From: Podarcis cretensis | Lineage: Eukaryota | Length of the DNA stretch: 64,000 nucleotides | Direction: 5' to 3' | NCBI GenBank assembly: GCA_951804945.1 | Contig: OX638150.1 | Location: 43,400,001-43,464,000, forward strand | Shown: positions 25,101-38,897 of the stretch, in pieces | Layout of the letters: the number at the start of each line of letters is the position of its first letter | Numbering within the stretch: position 1 is the stretch's first letter | Notes under the pieces: generated by a model | Told to the model about the DNA's origin: nothing | The model's database searches: none | Seen by the model: the letters and a program-made list of their open reading frames with translations, nothing else | Made by a program: the position numbers and the translations under genes

Positions 25101-28100
25101 GAGAAAGTACAGCCTGCTTCATTAATCTGTGGCTTTTAGAGATGGAGCTGCTCAGCAAATAATGCTCCTTACATTTCCTCTCCACAACTGCTGCAGGTTG
25201 TAGCCGAATTCCATTTGGCAATGCTTAGAGCCTCCTCCACCCCTTTGGAAAGTGAAGAAGCGCTTTCTCCTGTACTTTCAGCTTATGGGTACTAATAGCA
25301 AGAATGACTCCCTCCCCCCTCCACCCCCCCCCCGGGAACATTTATTATAATCTCTTCTGAACTGTAGTGACCCTTGTATGGAGAGCTTGCTGGCAGGATC
25401 TTAGGTCGCTTGGCTGCCATCAACTTTTCTCCAAGTCCCCACTATGTTTGTAGTGCAGGATTCGCTCTTAGCTGCTTGTCCTCTGTTCAGGGTGGTTTGG
25501 GCCTTCATCTGCAGTTCTGTATCTCTTCAACGCAACCTAGTTTGGCCTCCTTGTGACCTCTGTGTGCAGTAGTTGGATGTCCTGGATAGCACACAGAGGG
25601 TAAGCGGACAGGAAGCTTCTATGGGAAGGACAAAGCCAGCTGGGTCAGACAGAGAGATCTCTTGTGCTTCTTTGGCCCTGAGAATGGCCAACATGGGAAT
25701 TGGCCTAGATTTGCAGAGGCTGACACCAGCAGTCAGCCACACATAGCAAATGTGCCAAGCTGACGCGGATCCCTGAAATCTGGCTCCTCCTCATAGCAGC
25801 TTCGAAGTGCTCAAGTACCTGTTCTCTGCACGATTGCAACCCTTTGCTGGGGAAAAGAGGGGCCAAATATGGATGCAAAAGCAGCCTACCCTGCAGTAGC
25901 CAATGGAATAAAGGCTGCAAAGGCTGCCTTTATTGTACTGCCTTGCGGCACATCTTCCAGGGTCTCATAAACAGATTTTATAATGCTCTGACAGTATCTG
26001 CAAAGGTAGGCTAGGTACAAAGATGGCTGAAACAGCAATCTCTGCTAGAGAGGGAAAAGAGCGCTAATGTCTTATTCGGTCATAATATGTCAAGCAGTTG
26101 CTAGACCAGATCCCGTGTAAGCACAGATAAGCAGTGAAGCCCTCCTTGCTGGATTGCTGCATTCTTTAAAAAGAACGCAAACAAGCCCTGCCAAATACCA
26201 CGGTGGCAAGGAACTGGACTGCAGGAATAATATTCCCCTGGCAGCTCCTCCTTGACCCCAAAGTGCATGAGAGCACCTTGGACTTTCCAGGCAAGAAAAA
26301 AACAATATTTATCAGGAGTATCTCTAGAAATAGAAGGATCCTTTCTGCCTCTGAATAGTGCCTGTTGATGTGCTGCTCTCTTCGGCAGCCTATATACTAA
26401 CAGGGACTGTTGATGTTGGATGATGCACTGGGGGGGGGGGGCGGATCTAGGGAAATGGGTACTCCTTAGTTTCACTTGAATCTTTTCTGATGGAAAATCT
26501 GGTTCAACTGAAAGTGTAACTTTCCATAAGCAAGCCAGAATTCTCCTGGGGAAAGTCAGAGCAAGATGAAGAAGGTGGGGGAGCTCCTGTCCTGCCTGTT
26601 TTCCAACATTTGGGAGGAAGGAAGGGCAGTTTTTTCCATTCTTTGTTGCAATAAAAGTACTTGTGTAGAATGCATTTGCATTCTCTTAATAAGCATGGAA
26701 TTCTGGAAACCAAGGTGGTGACTTGAGACTTGTTTGCTGTCATCCCATCCCTCCCTCAGACACACACTAGATACACAATTCCTGGCAAGTCTGAGAGATT
26801 GGATATATGTGTGTGTGTGCGCGCGCGCTTGACCATATTATCAAGGGGAATCATGTGAGAAGTATGAATTATAAAATTCAAGATCAATGGCTATACAGTA
26901 TTTACACAGAATTCCTAAAAGCATAATTAATTTTAATATACAGGATTATCTTAGGTGTTCAAGTCTTGTAAGAAAAGGAGCACAGTATCAGTGGAACAAC
27001 AACGAAAAATTAAATATCAAGAACAAAGTCCCAAAGAATAATTTTTATTAAAACAGAACAAGCAGTGTACAAATTCATCATCCAAGCAGAAGGAGGGAAG
27101 GGATTTTGTCTTTGCTTCTAATCCGTTTAGCAGTTGGGGATGAATTGAGCAAGGGTTCTCCTAGGATGCTTTTCAGATTGTACAAAAGCTAGAATGAAAG
27201 GAAGATCTGTCAGAATGACTAGTAGAAGCCTCCTTGCCAGAGAGCAAACAACTTACAAATGCCTAAATAAATGATTGGTGTAGAGGGGAAAACAGGGTCT
27301 GGAAATCTGCCTTGTTCCTTGTTTTTTTGTTTTAGTTCTTCCAGGAAAGTGGGGGTCAGCTATTAAAATAAAAATTATTGGGGGTTGGGGCTCCACGGTC
27401 CCATTTTCTCCCTGCACACCCTTTCCTGCTAATGGTCTCTAACAGAGGTGAGGGATTCCAGCCCATGGAAATTATTAGACCACCCCTCCCAGATCTTGGA
27501 GGTTGGCCCATCAAGCCATTTCTGACCAGCTACACCCACCTTTCTCGTACCTAACTTCATATGTGACAGCAGCCACAGGAAAGTTCACACTGTAGCTGCT
27601 GCGCAGGAAGATTCAAGGAGGGCGCTCTCAGGCGAGGCCAGCACTGCAAGTCAGCAGGGCCAACACAAACTATTCATTTCCCCTTTCTCACACACATGTG
27701 TGTGTATCTCCCACTTATATTCTCCCCCCCCCACCTCATTCACTCAGTTGAATCAGTGTGTGTGTGTTCCCCAATCCTATCCCACTCTCCACAGTTGCAG
27801 CATGCTAGATATATCACAATATCTGCTATATCACGCTGATGAAACAGGGTGTTTCTGTCATTGCTTCCTTAGCCCAGTCAGCTTCCATACTTGATGTCAG
27901 TCCAATATAGCTGGCCGTGGGTAAAGAAATCACTTTCTACCCTGCAGTAACAAGCACACTATAATTGTGGAGGAAGTGGAATGGGACTGGTTGGGGGTGG
28001 GGCATGTATTCTTGGGAATGCTGGGAGGGGGTGGATTCAGAGGCCTGCCAGACTGGATTTGGCCCCCGGGCAGGTGGTTTGCTCATGCCTGGTGTGTATG

Positions 28101-30439
28101 TCTAGCATGTAGATTGTGGCTCATGGAGAGTTTGTCTGCAGCTTGCTTACTGCATTGAAATTTGCATCCCACCTTTTCTGCCTGGCGACAGGCCTCTAAA
28201 GTGGCTGTCAGTGTGATAATCAATACATGAGAAACTTAAAAGCGTATTCTTTAAGGCAGTGGTGAATTGTGAAGGCTGGGGGGTGGGGGTGGCAGATAAC
28301 AGAAAATGCCCACTCCAAGGCTTTAGGCGCTGCTGCCGAGCCTCTTTCAAGGGATGCTTTTCAAAGGTTCCATGGTGACCATGACAATGAGAGTTGGGGG
28401 AGATGAGGTCATACGACAGCTAGAATTATGGACAAGATGGATGATAGGGGGGAAAGTGAGGCTGCTGCCCAAAATGGCAGCCGGGCACAATGAATCTCTT
28501 CCCTTCCGTAATATGTGGAAATGTAACTTTGTTCCACCTCATAACATTATAGATTCACCTAATCAGCTACTGCTTGGCGTGGGGGCGGGGGACGGACACT
28601 GGAGAGAAATCCAGGACATTGTGGCACCATGGCACAAGTTAAGATGTATTCGATGTGCAGTTGCTGTTTCGTTGGCAACAGCCACAAACTTACCCTCACA
28701 TCTTGTTTGGCCCTCTGTGCCTGTTTCATTGCTGCTGTTGATTTTTTAAAAAATAAATAAATTCCAGCAATCAGTACAAATAACCCCAGCGTTTGTCTTG
28801 CATTGGGGTTTGGCGTGTTGAGAGAATTGAGGATTATTTGTGTAGGAGCAGGGAGCTTGCAGCATTTAGAATTGCTGCTTGATAGCCTTGGAAATCTAAG
28901 GCTTTCCTAACTGCAGCAAGAGCATTGCCTCGTCCTGCTGCTGCTTCTCCACCACCCCCTCCCTGCTTCCAAATGCTGAGTGCAGAAATCCTGGCAGTAA
29001 AGTTAACATCTTTGTGCCCGTTGCTCGTGGCTTTGTGTGGGCTCTTTGCCAAGCTGCATGAATTATTTATTGCACTGCTGCATCGGCAATTGGTTAATGC
29101 CCAGTGGGTATATTATAAAACTGCCAGTGCCTTAGTGCCTGGGGATCTCAGATATGCATAGTGGGTAGTGCAGGATAGAATCTGCACCCCTCATTTCAAA
29201 CTCTGCTCCACTCCATGAAACAACGAAGAACAAAATCCTCTGGTTTCCGTGACCTCGAATTGAAGCACTGTTGTTGTGACAAGTGATGCTTGTGATTAGA
29301 TTTTAAATGTCCACAAAGGTCGAAGTTCTGAAGGCCCAATCTTTTCCCCCTAGGGAAACAAAATAAATATTTATTTTTTTAAGAAAAGCAAAAGAAATAC
29401 AGTTCTTCCTTTTCAAACTTAAATTCATTTTACTGCTTTAAGAACGTAAAGTGTATCATTTATGACCTAAGCCAGGAAGAGTTAGAGTGTATTTTTTTGG
29501 CATATTTATAAAATTTAAAAGTGAATGTATTGATTTTGTATGTGCAAAAATTGCAAATATGCCCAATTGTAGCTCATTTCCTTCTTTGGATCTTGGGTAA
29601 GTTGTCACCCAAAATTTCAGTTTTCCCATCTGATGCTTTGGCACTCATGCCAGACATGCTGCTCCTTTCACAGTCTTGCATCAGGATGTCTTTTCACAGA
29701 TATTTGAGGGGAGACATGGAAAGTCTGGCCACAAGGGTAGAGCCAGGTCAAAAGGACAGCAGAAACAGGATATTGTTTCTCGTATCACCAAATTAGACTA
29801 AAGGTCACCAAAAGAAGGCAAGCAGCAATTCCCAAGTACTGTAATGAAGATCCTGTGTGTTCCTCTCCTGAAGATGGCAGCACTCGCCAGGTGAAAAATG
29901 CATCTTGGGTTTGAGTGTTCTATATGTCATAATTATCATTCTCTAGTGCTGTAGGTTATCTTACAAAAAAATAAAATAAAAATATTAACAGCATTTCATT
30001 CATTCTAAAAAAAGGAATGTTTTTCAGTGTCTCCCAAAATTTCATTTTTTTTCCCTGTTGGACAATTAAAAAATAACAATCAAGGGGGAAAGTGTACTTT
30101 CCTTCCCTTTCCACCCCCCCCCCCAACTCTACTTGTGATGTTAGATAATATCAGTTCTGGGAAGAAAATTGTTGAGCACCAGAAATGGAATTGCTCCTAG
30201 ATAATTATCTGGGTGTCTGGCAAGATAAGGCCTTGCCTTCAATCAGGACAAGTTTGAGATGGTGTAGTAGCCAACTATTGTGGTCACTGAGGTTTTGCCT
30301 CAGAAGCAAAGTATAAATATGCATCGCTTTCGTACTCATTGTCTGTCATTGAGCTTTTACCCCGGGGGTGCAGCAGGCTGTGTTGGTGTGTGTTTGAACC
30401 ACCCCTTCCTCTCCCCCCCCCTTTTGTACAGATCTCTTG

Positions 30440-30860
30440 GCCTCTTGCTCTGGTAATTTCCAGATTGGATTGCTGTAATATGCTTTATGTGGGCTGCCCT
30501 TGAAGACAACTCAGAAACTTCAACTGGTCCACAATGTAGTGGTCAGATTGCTGGCTGGGTTTGCCTTTAGAATAAATATAACCCTGTTCTAAAACAGTTG
30601 CGTTGGCTTCCCGTTCATTTCCAGGCCCAACGTGCTCAGGATAGTAGTTTTTCAAACCTTAAATAACTTGGGTCCCAAATACCTGCAAGACTGGGTTCTT
30701 CCCTACAGACCCTCCCAGGTGACCTTCATAGTTCCACCTCCCTTAGAGGCTTGTGGGGGCAGGAAAGGGCATTCACTGTGGCAGCCCCTAAGTTGTGGGG
30801 TTCCTTCACTACAGATGTGTGTCTGGCTTCTTCACTATATGGTTTTCAGCAAATAGGTAG
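30440..30860 (+). mobile_element. L2-like LINE ORF2 3' fragment
   Basis: LVISRLDCCNMLYV / GLPLKTTQKLQLVHN..RL / PVLKQLRWLPV motifs. Confidence 0.7.
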
Positions 30861-33398
30861 AAGAGAATGTGATGTGTTTGTGCTCAGATTAAGCTTCACT
30901 TAAGTGCCCTTCTTGCATGTTAGGATCTCGATTTCTTTGTAGTCTTAGCAGCAGTTGTGGCCATTCCCATTTATGTTACTGAAACGGTTGGTGGCGGGTA
31001 TTTTGAGCTGGCATGACATAAGTTAGCACATTGACCTTTGCACGGGTGCAGATGCAAATCATTGCAGTCACATTGCCTATGGTGCTGGTGCAGTTTTAAA
31101 TCTATAAATCTAGATCAAAGGCAACTCCCCTGCCTGCCCCCACCGTACAGATATTCTCTTGCAAATTTAAAACTGATTCTGATCTTCGATGACCTGCAAA
31201 GAGAGGAGGCGAGAAATTGAGAAAACCAAGAAGGCTTGGAGGAGGCATCTGGGCATGCATTCAAGAGATTTAGAGAGGGGCCTAGCTGAGCTTACTCCTT
31301 TACAGAGAACTCTTGCATTGTGTTTGTTGTGAGGCGTTTATGTAACAGAATACATGAGCTTAGGTCATGCTTGAGTTTCTGTAGTCCCTGCTTTCAGGAA
31401 ACTGACTACAATTGTGAGCGGGGTGGAGAAAAGGAGTCAGAGCCAGTGTTTGTAGGAAGACTTCTTGTTGACACTTTATTCTGGTGGTGAGGATGTTGCT
31501 GTCTCCGTGTGGTGCAGGCCTGCCTTCGTCTTGGAGTTCACAACACAAGGTTGGTAGAGACTGGCTGTTTGCGTTCTGAAATCTCAACCCTCATTGTGTT
31601 TAAAAATTAAAAGCCCAGTATATCCTGTCATTGCCTTTCCGGATCAATAGCAGCAGCAAAGGTGTCTGAATTGTATCTGCTAAAGTCGTGCTAGTTCCAA
31701 CCGGTGCTAGTGGTAGTCTATTTCTGACCCCACAGTATGGAGGACAGAGCTGGGGGAGGCTAGCCTAGTGGCTGGAGAATAATCAGCAAAAATGTAACTT
31801 ACTAGGAACAGATGCTTTTGCCTGAGGGAACTTTGGTTGCATCCTGGTTAAGAAGTGGCCAGTTTCCAGAGGGAAACTGCTGACACACACCATTTTTTCT
31901 TCTTGTCCCTGCTCCAATTAAGGAATAACTTCTGTAATCCTTTGGAATGCCTCTTCTCTCTGTATACTGCATGAGACCTGAGCAGGTTCCCAGTGACTGC
32001 TTGGTTACAGGCTCCTTACGCATTCAGTTGCTGAGATTTGTCTAGGAGGGTGCTGTATGTCGCTGAAAGTGTGTGCACTTCAGGCAGCTGGATACTTTTG
32101 CTGTGTCAAGGTCACATGGTCAATTCCTATGGGGCCTTTAGATTGTCCAGCAGTTCTTGGCTCCCTAAAGACCTGGTGACACATGTAGAGCCTGAACTTT
32201 GAATTACTTTGCAGAAGAGAGAGAGAGAGAGTCTGCATGTGCACACACAGACACACACACACACAGTTTTACTTAGGTCCTAGCAAATTTATGTGCAGAG
32301 AATTGTAAGACTCCTTAGTCCTGAGAAAGTAGGGCACTGGATTAGAACTCAGGAGGCCTTCTTTCCTTTCCAGCTGCTACTCTTTTGCTGTGCTGGGTAA
32401 TGAAAAACCAAGTTTCTGCCTAGTTCTAAGCCATCAGACAGACACTATGGAATATCACTCCTTTTTCATGGGGAGGGACACGGTTTCAATAATGAATTAG
32501 ACTCTGGAGTGCAGCATAGCTTAAGGGGGTGATTAATTGATGTAAACTAGCACATTCTGGTTGCTATGACTCGTCAAAGAACCCTAAATAATTATGGCTT
32601 AAATTGAAGGTTCCAGTTATGTCATCAGTTGATCAACTCCAGAGAGCAGGAGTTTAAATGGACTTGGATTAAATTCCAGACATGGATTTTTGGCTTGCTC
32701 ACACTCGGACCAGAGAACAGAAGGTCTGCTTTCAGGAGACCAAAAATAACACACGAGTTTTGCTTAGATTGTACTGCGGTTAAGAACACCCTCTAATCCT
32801 CTGTCAGGTTACTTTTGAGCACTACCATAAAACACCCAGCAATAACTGTGTTGAGTCCAAGTTGCATGTTACATTTTAAAGCTATGAGGTCATTCTTGCA
32901 AGTGGTCCCATGCCTCGATGATAACAATGGGGAAGATGCAATCCACGTGCATGGGGATCCAGACAGCGGCCCAATTCATGAGCATGATCCTCTTGACCGG
33001 AAAGCATCATAACAGGGCAGGGCTGACACCTGTGCTGCCTCCATGTTCTCGGAGCAGCTTGGTGCACACATTTCGGCCTGAAGCCATCTGGGATATGTTA
33101 CTGAGCTCCCATTGTGTTTCTTGACTTGGGAAGAAGTGAATGGCTTCATTGTGATGTCCAGGTTCTCAGCTGTTGTGTTGCTCAGGCCAAGGGGGATCAG
33201 TGTCTGCCAGATGGAAGGGTGGGTGGGTGGGTGGGGACAGTGCTCTTGGAGGAGTCGGGAAGTCCAGCAAAACCCTGCTGTGCTACATTAAGGAGTGCTC
33301 CACTGAGTGTTCAGCATGGACTTTGAACTTGGCACCATGGATTTAAATCCGGGCTGTTCCTCAAGCAACAACATAGAAGCCTGTCTCTAATAATATGG

Positions 33399-33433
<35 letters not shown>

Positions 33434-35349
33434 TGTGTGGTGTGCCTGCATTTCCTGTGGTATTATGGGAAGCCTGGCATGAGGGCCCATGAGAACATAA
33501 GCATAGTGGTCCTAGCATAGGGGCTAGTGATATTCTGAGGGTACTCCATCATGTGAAGCTTAAGGAGGAATGGGCTCAGAATCTGTGGGTCACATGAGGC
33601 TTCTTCTCACTCTAGCCATGCTCAGAATCACTGGAGCAGGCAGGCAGGGTCACTCAGGTTCTGTTTTGATTTCTGGCCCTGGCAGCACTCAGTGTTTACA
33701 AAGAGCCAGATGCGAGATGGAACAACTGGGGGGTGGTCTGGCCTTAGGAAAGACATGCAGAAGGAATCCCATCTTCTGCCTGGCTTGCAGAGGAAAAAAA
33801 CAAGTTACATTGGGGAGAAAAGACTTGTTCTAAAACTCCAAGGTTTGCCTACCAAGGGTGCAGAATTAACCTTGGAGCGCAAGGGCTTGCTGCCCTCCCT
33901 TCGTATCAGCAGCACACGCCATTCTACATTCCTGTGCCCTGTAGCAATGTCTGCTTGGGTTCCTGGCCCTGTTCCCATTGTGCAGTGGTGAGTCTGTTGC
34001 TTGGAAAGAGCCGGGGCTTGCAAGCCAGGATATCTTGGTTTTGTTTTTAGAAAAGGAATACATAGGGGAGGCAGCGCTGCCCAAGCTTTAGAGCAAGGAA
34101 GCAGGGAAAGATTAGAAATTGCTATCTGAACATTTGCCCCTCACCCTCCAGTTCTGGTACAGTATATGAAAGCTATAGGCAGCCTCTTTGATCTAGTGTC
34201 CTCAAAAAGGAAGGCTAGAGAAGGATTCTTTTGTGTGCCAGCTGACTGGCTTGCCTCCGGCCTTTGGGCATTCTTAGAGGTATTGTGTGGAAGATAGTTG
34301 CTTTCCTTTTATAGCTGTTTGCTGGTCCCAGAGGGGAAAGTCCTAGCGTAGAGCAAATCTGGGAGCAATTGTGATTTCATAGAATTGTAGAGTTGGAAGG
34401 GAATTGTAGAGTTGGAGGGTCATCTATTCTTAAGGCTGTTTTTATATAGAGATTGTGGGTCCTGTTATTGACTCGAGAGTTGATACATGAAATATTTCCC
34501 CCCCACAAATCTATGCCAAAGATTATTCCCCCCCCTAGCTTTCCTGTAATACATTAATTTGGTTGAGAGGACTACAGTCCATACACGTTTATACCAAGCC
34601 TCTGCAGAATTCAGTGCAAAATCCATAAAGCAGTCTTTTGGGAAATGGGTGCAAGATGTTGGGGAGATGGTTCGTTTGATTTCATGGGCACTCCTGTATT
34701 CCAGGCATGTGGTACAGAGCTGCTTGCTCTCAATCCAAGGCATATGAAAGAGCACGTAGGATAGGGATGAGTGTTGTGCCCTCTGTCCTTACAGTATAAT
34801 ACTTGCCCCAGTCATGCTACTACTCCAGTGCTGGTTAGAGAAGTCTCCTCTCCCTGGTGTTGACCTTTGCATCGCTGGGGCTGCTGCACTGTGTTAGGGT
34901 CAGCCCTGACTTCTGTGAAGGAAGCGGGTGAGTCAGCAGCTCCATTTCCTGCATTGCGTCAGGAGGTGTCCAGAACAAGTACTGAGGCTCTCTGGGCTGT
35001 GACCTGGCCTGATTCCAACTCACAGCTGAGTGAACTGGCTCTGCACACGTGCTCCAGGCTGCAAGAAGGCAGAGCTGCAAGTGTAGGCTCACTGAGGCCC
35101 GTTGGTCAAGCCAGACTGCTGGGTTCATTCCCACATCTCCACAAGACAGTTGATTCTGTAGGAACTTTGTTATACACCTGCCTCTCAGAGAAAGAACTCT
35201 CGGCTGGTCTTTGACTCTCAAAGCGACTTTTTCTTAGAGCTCCTTGCTTGCTTCACTTATAGTCCACAATGCAGATTTTCTGGGCAAATTATTGCAGCGA
35301 CTTCTCTGGCTGCTACGGCCAAGACTGCTGTAAACTCACAACCAGACTA

Positions 35350-35586
35350 CATTTACCTCAGGTTAAGAACTTAATTCGTTTTGGAGGTCCGTTCTTAACC
35401 TGAAACTGTTCTTAACTTGAGGTACCACTTTAGCTAATGGGGCCTCCCACTGCTGCGCCACTGCCGCACAATTTCTGTTCTCATCCTGAAGCAAAGTTCT
35501 TAACCTGAAGCACTATTTCTGGGTTAGCAGAGTCTGTAACCTGAAGCGTCTGTAACCTGAAGCATCTGTAACCCGAGGTAACACTG
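35350..35586 (+). mobile_element. Tc1/mariner-type MITE, copy 2
   Basis: Near-identical to 3225-3443, same orientation, TA flanks. Confidence 0.85.
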
Positions 35587-36227
35587 TAATGTTCAATTAA
35601 AATGTGTGTTTTAATTATGCTACTGTTACTTAAAGCAGCCATGTGGGTCCCTGATCCTGAATGTCCTTCTGGTCTAGATCAGGACCCTGCACCAATTTCT
35701 TGCTGCATCTGCTCCCACCGTTCCAACTGCTATTTGCCTGCACACTGTACAAATAATAGCTGGAAGGGGGGAAGACTTTTAGCAGGCACCTGGTGCAGCA
35801 GCCCCAGTCTGGATTGGGAACACCTTATGCATCAGGCTATCACACAGCTCCTTTTCCTTTGAAGATACAGTGCTCAGTGTGAGTAATGTAAATTTGCATT
35901 ATAGCTGCTCTGATGCAAAAATAACTACTACTTCTTTTTTGGCATGTATGAGTTTACAGCAGATCTGGTCAGCTTTGTGCAGAAGGCATTAGTCTTTGCT
36001 ACTGAGTGTCTTCTGTTATCAAAAATGCCAATTTCTTTCTCTGTCTTCAATCCATAACTTTAGTAGTAGTTTTCAATGCATTAAAACATCAAATAAAACA
36101 GTCCAGAATAAAACAAATTCAAGCTTTAAGGAAAATATTTCAGATCCTTCTCTAAGTGACATTTTGCTTTCTCCATATTTATTTACCTTTTTAATTTATA
36201 TAGCTGCCCCATAGCAGAAGTACTCTA

Positions 36228-36570
36228 GGAAGCCAATGTAGTGTAGTGGTTTGAGTGTTAGACGAGAACCTGGGAGATCAGGGTTCAAATCCCCATTCAT
36301 TCATTCATCATCATCATCATAATTTATTACAGTCAAAGACCAGCTCGAAAAGCACAACTGGGACAGCTTTCACAAGAATAGAATATGCATGTAAAGCAGT
36401 GTATAACAACAGTTTACAGATTAAATTCATTCATGAAACTCACTGGGTGACCTTGGGCCAGTCACAACCTCCTAGCCAACCTCACAGGGTCATTACAGGG
36501 ATTAATTGAGATGGGGAGTGAAGCATGTACTCCTTGGGGGGAAAGGTGGGATTTAAGTGCAATAAATAAG
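36228..36570 (+). mobile_element. tRNA-derived SINE carrying a 120-bp antisense retroposed insert (36305-36424)
   Basis: GTGTAGTGGTTTGAG...GGTTCAAATCCCC head, TGGGTGACCTTGGGCCAGTCAC core; insert flanked by ATTCATTCAT (36295-36304, 36425-36434). Confidence 0.7.
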
Positions 36571-37361
36571 CAAAACATGCCTGGCGCCTGGGTAATTTTA
36601 AACACTGCTTTTTACTTTACCCTGTTTTTTCTGTTTGAAAATTATTTTAACCAATTTTTATATTGTTGGCAGTATGCAACAAAGTTCAAAGCAGAGTAGA
36701 CCCATTGAAATTAAGGAACCTAAGTTAGGACATTTTTATTTATTTAGATTAGTATCTTGTTTTTCCACTAGATGGTATTTGAAGCGCCTTACAGTAACCG
36801 TGCAATTTTGAAAAGGGATTCACCACTGATAGAAAAACTCTGGTTTTTCCTATTCCTTCATTCTGACAGTTTTTTAAAAAAATCAGTGGGGGGGGGATGG
36901 GACTAAAATGTGCTCTTGCAAATTCTGAGCTAGATACCATCGTGTTGAAGGTTGAAATTGGGAAGCTGAAAGCTTCAAATGACAAAAAGGCACATGTGCA
37001 GTTAATGTAACTTGAGAAAGAGAGTGAAAAATGGGAATATGCTTTCTAGTCCATTGTTGCTAAAATGAGGCAGCATGAAAAGGCTACAAATAATCAGGGC
37101 ACAAAATGCCCCATTTTTAAAAAATAAAAAATGACAAAGGGAGGATTGTGCTGGATCCTGGGAGAGAAGGAATACTTCAGAGAAAGTCTTCCTTTTTCTT
37201 TCATTTTTTGTAATGTCAAGGGCAAAAGCCTCTGTAGTGCATAGCTCTGACAACGGGATCTGTGCTGCTCTTGCAAAACTGTTCCGCAATTTGCCTGCTC
37301 AGTGTAAGGATCCAACTGCTGTAGATCCTGTAGCAGTGTATTTGTCTTGTGCTAATTAAGA

Positions 37362-37366
<5 letters not shown>

Positions 37367-37405
<39 letters not shown>
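37367..37405. repeat. (GA)n microsatellite
   Basis: Direct reading. Confidence 0.95.
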
Positions 37406-37409
<4 letters not shown>

Positions 37410-38158
37410 TTTTCTGCCATTGGTTACCGTTGTGTGGATGGTTGCATGGTGTTTACTAGCTTACAGTAGCATTCCTGATAGAAAGACTACCGCATTTCTT
37501 ATCACTTCTGCTTTCTGCCACACAGGGGACCTGTGTTTTCAAGTCTGTGTTGGACACAGATCCAAATTACTACTAAATTGCCAAAATAAGGAGAAATTGC
37601 CAGTTGTTGGTCAGTTGGCTGGTTGTCCTAATAAGCCTGTGGTGCATCCTTAAATTCTTTTGCACCCAGATGAGTCTAATAAAGTCTGCCCACCCCATTC
37701 TGCATTAAGGCTTACAAACTGTGAACTTTTGGGCTCCAAAACCATGCCTAGCTTTCTCTCCCTCCCTCCATCCCTCCTCTGCTCTGCATTTTGCTAGAAC
37801 ATCCAGCCAGAAGCAGAGTTCTGGACGACTTGAAAGCTTGCTTGCTGTTTCTTGGTATTTTACCTCATAAAAGTATCGCCCTACTGCAGTTCTGGGGATT
37901 TCCTGGCCCTCTAGAAAGTTCACTCAGAAGGGAAGGCAAGTGGCAAAGCAGCAGGGGAAGATGTAGGCCCCACCGTTGCTCCCTTCAGCCGTGGCCTGTG
38001 TTTCGGTATTGCCAGCGAATACAGGAACTCTGTTAGGAAGTGGTTTGTTTGCTCACAGGCTGGAAGAGCCGTTTGAATCAACAGGCAGGAAATGAGGGTG
38101 TAGCCAGCACACAGTTCGAAGCAGACGGGTGGCCTGGTGTGCCTCTCCTGGGGCCGGG

Positions 38159-38203
38159 ATGTCTCTTTCGGAGCCGGACACAAACTCTGAGCATGACCAA
38201 GAG
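38159..38203 (+). CDS. PKN1: probable alternative first coding exon 1b (MSLSEPDTNSEHDQE)
   Basis: GGGATG, 15 codons, donor GAG|GTACAG in phase 0, in-frame stop upstream at 38093, local CpG enrichment. Resembles the alternative human N-terminus MAEANNPSEQELE as I recall it. Confidence 0.65.
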
Positions 38204-38666
38204 GTACAGTCGTTTGAAGGGGGGTGATATCAGGATACTCGCCCCCCCCTTTTTTAATGATAACCAAACAACTGGGGAGGAAGGGCATTGCATGTGTAGA
38301 AATCAGTAGGCCAGTATCAGTACGAGGGAGCAGGAATCCTAGTCTTAAGATGCGGGAATACTGCGTGTGTTTTGAAAGTGGCTTGGGAACTGCACTGCCT
38401 TATCTACAGGTGGCTATGCATGTTACAATATACCCTGATGTTCATCTGTGTGTGCATTTGCTGCTCTGCACATCAGAGAAACGGACATGAAAGGCAAAAA
38501 AGCACAATGGGGTACAAGTAGCAGGAAGTGTTAACATTTGTGGGGCATCTGTGGGCAATGTGCCTCAGTCTGGAACACATAGACACATGCGAGAGCAGCA
38601 GTATATGTGTTTGAGGAATAAATGTTATCTTTTACTCATTGGAGAAAGGAGGGACTGTAGTACTTA

Positions 38667-38897
38667 CAGTGGTACCTCGTATTACAGATGCTTCAGGTTA
38701 CGGACGCTTCAGGTTACAGGCTCCTCTTACCCAGAAATACTACCTCAGGTTAAGAACTTTGCTTCAGGATGAGAACAGAAATTGTGCGGCGGCAGCAGGA
38801 GGCCCCATTAGCTAAAGTGGTGCTTCAGGTTAAGAACAGTTTCAGGTTAAAAACGGACCTCCAGAATGAATTAAGTTCTTAACCTGAGGTACCACTG
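38667..38897 (-). mobile_element. Tc1/mariner-type MITE, copy 3 (inverted relative to copies 1/2)
   Basis: CAGTGGTACCTC...GAGGTACCACTG, TA flanks; interior is the reverse complement of copy 2. Confidence 0.85.

Noticed and set aside
28100-29200. Repeat-poor stretch with 131-aa ORF; possible enhancer or nested gene
   Set aside because: ORF has no recognisable homology or splice context; enhancer status cannot be judged without conservation data.
29874-29890. AAGATGGCAGCACTCGCCAG|GTGAAA as another first exon
   Set aside because: 17 nt, phase 2, incompatible with phase-0 exon 2.
33947-33987. ATG...CAGTG|GTGAGT as another first exon
   Set aside because: 41 nt, phase 2, out of frame with exon 2; no promoter signal.
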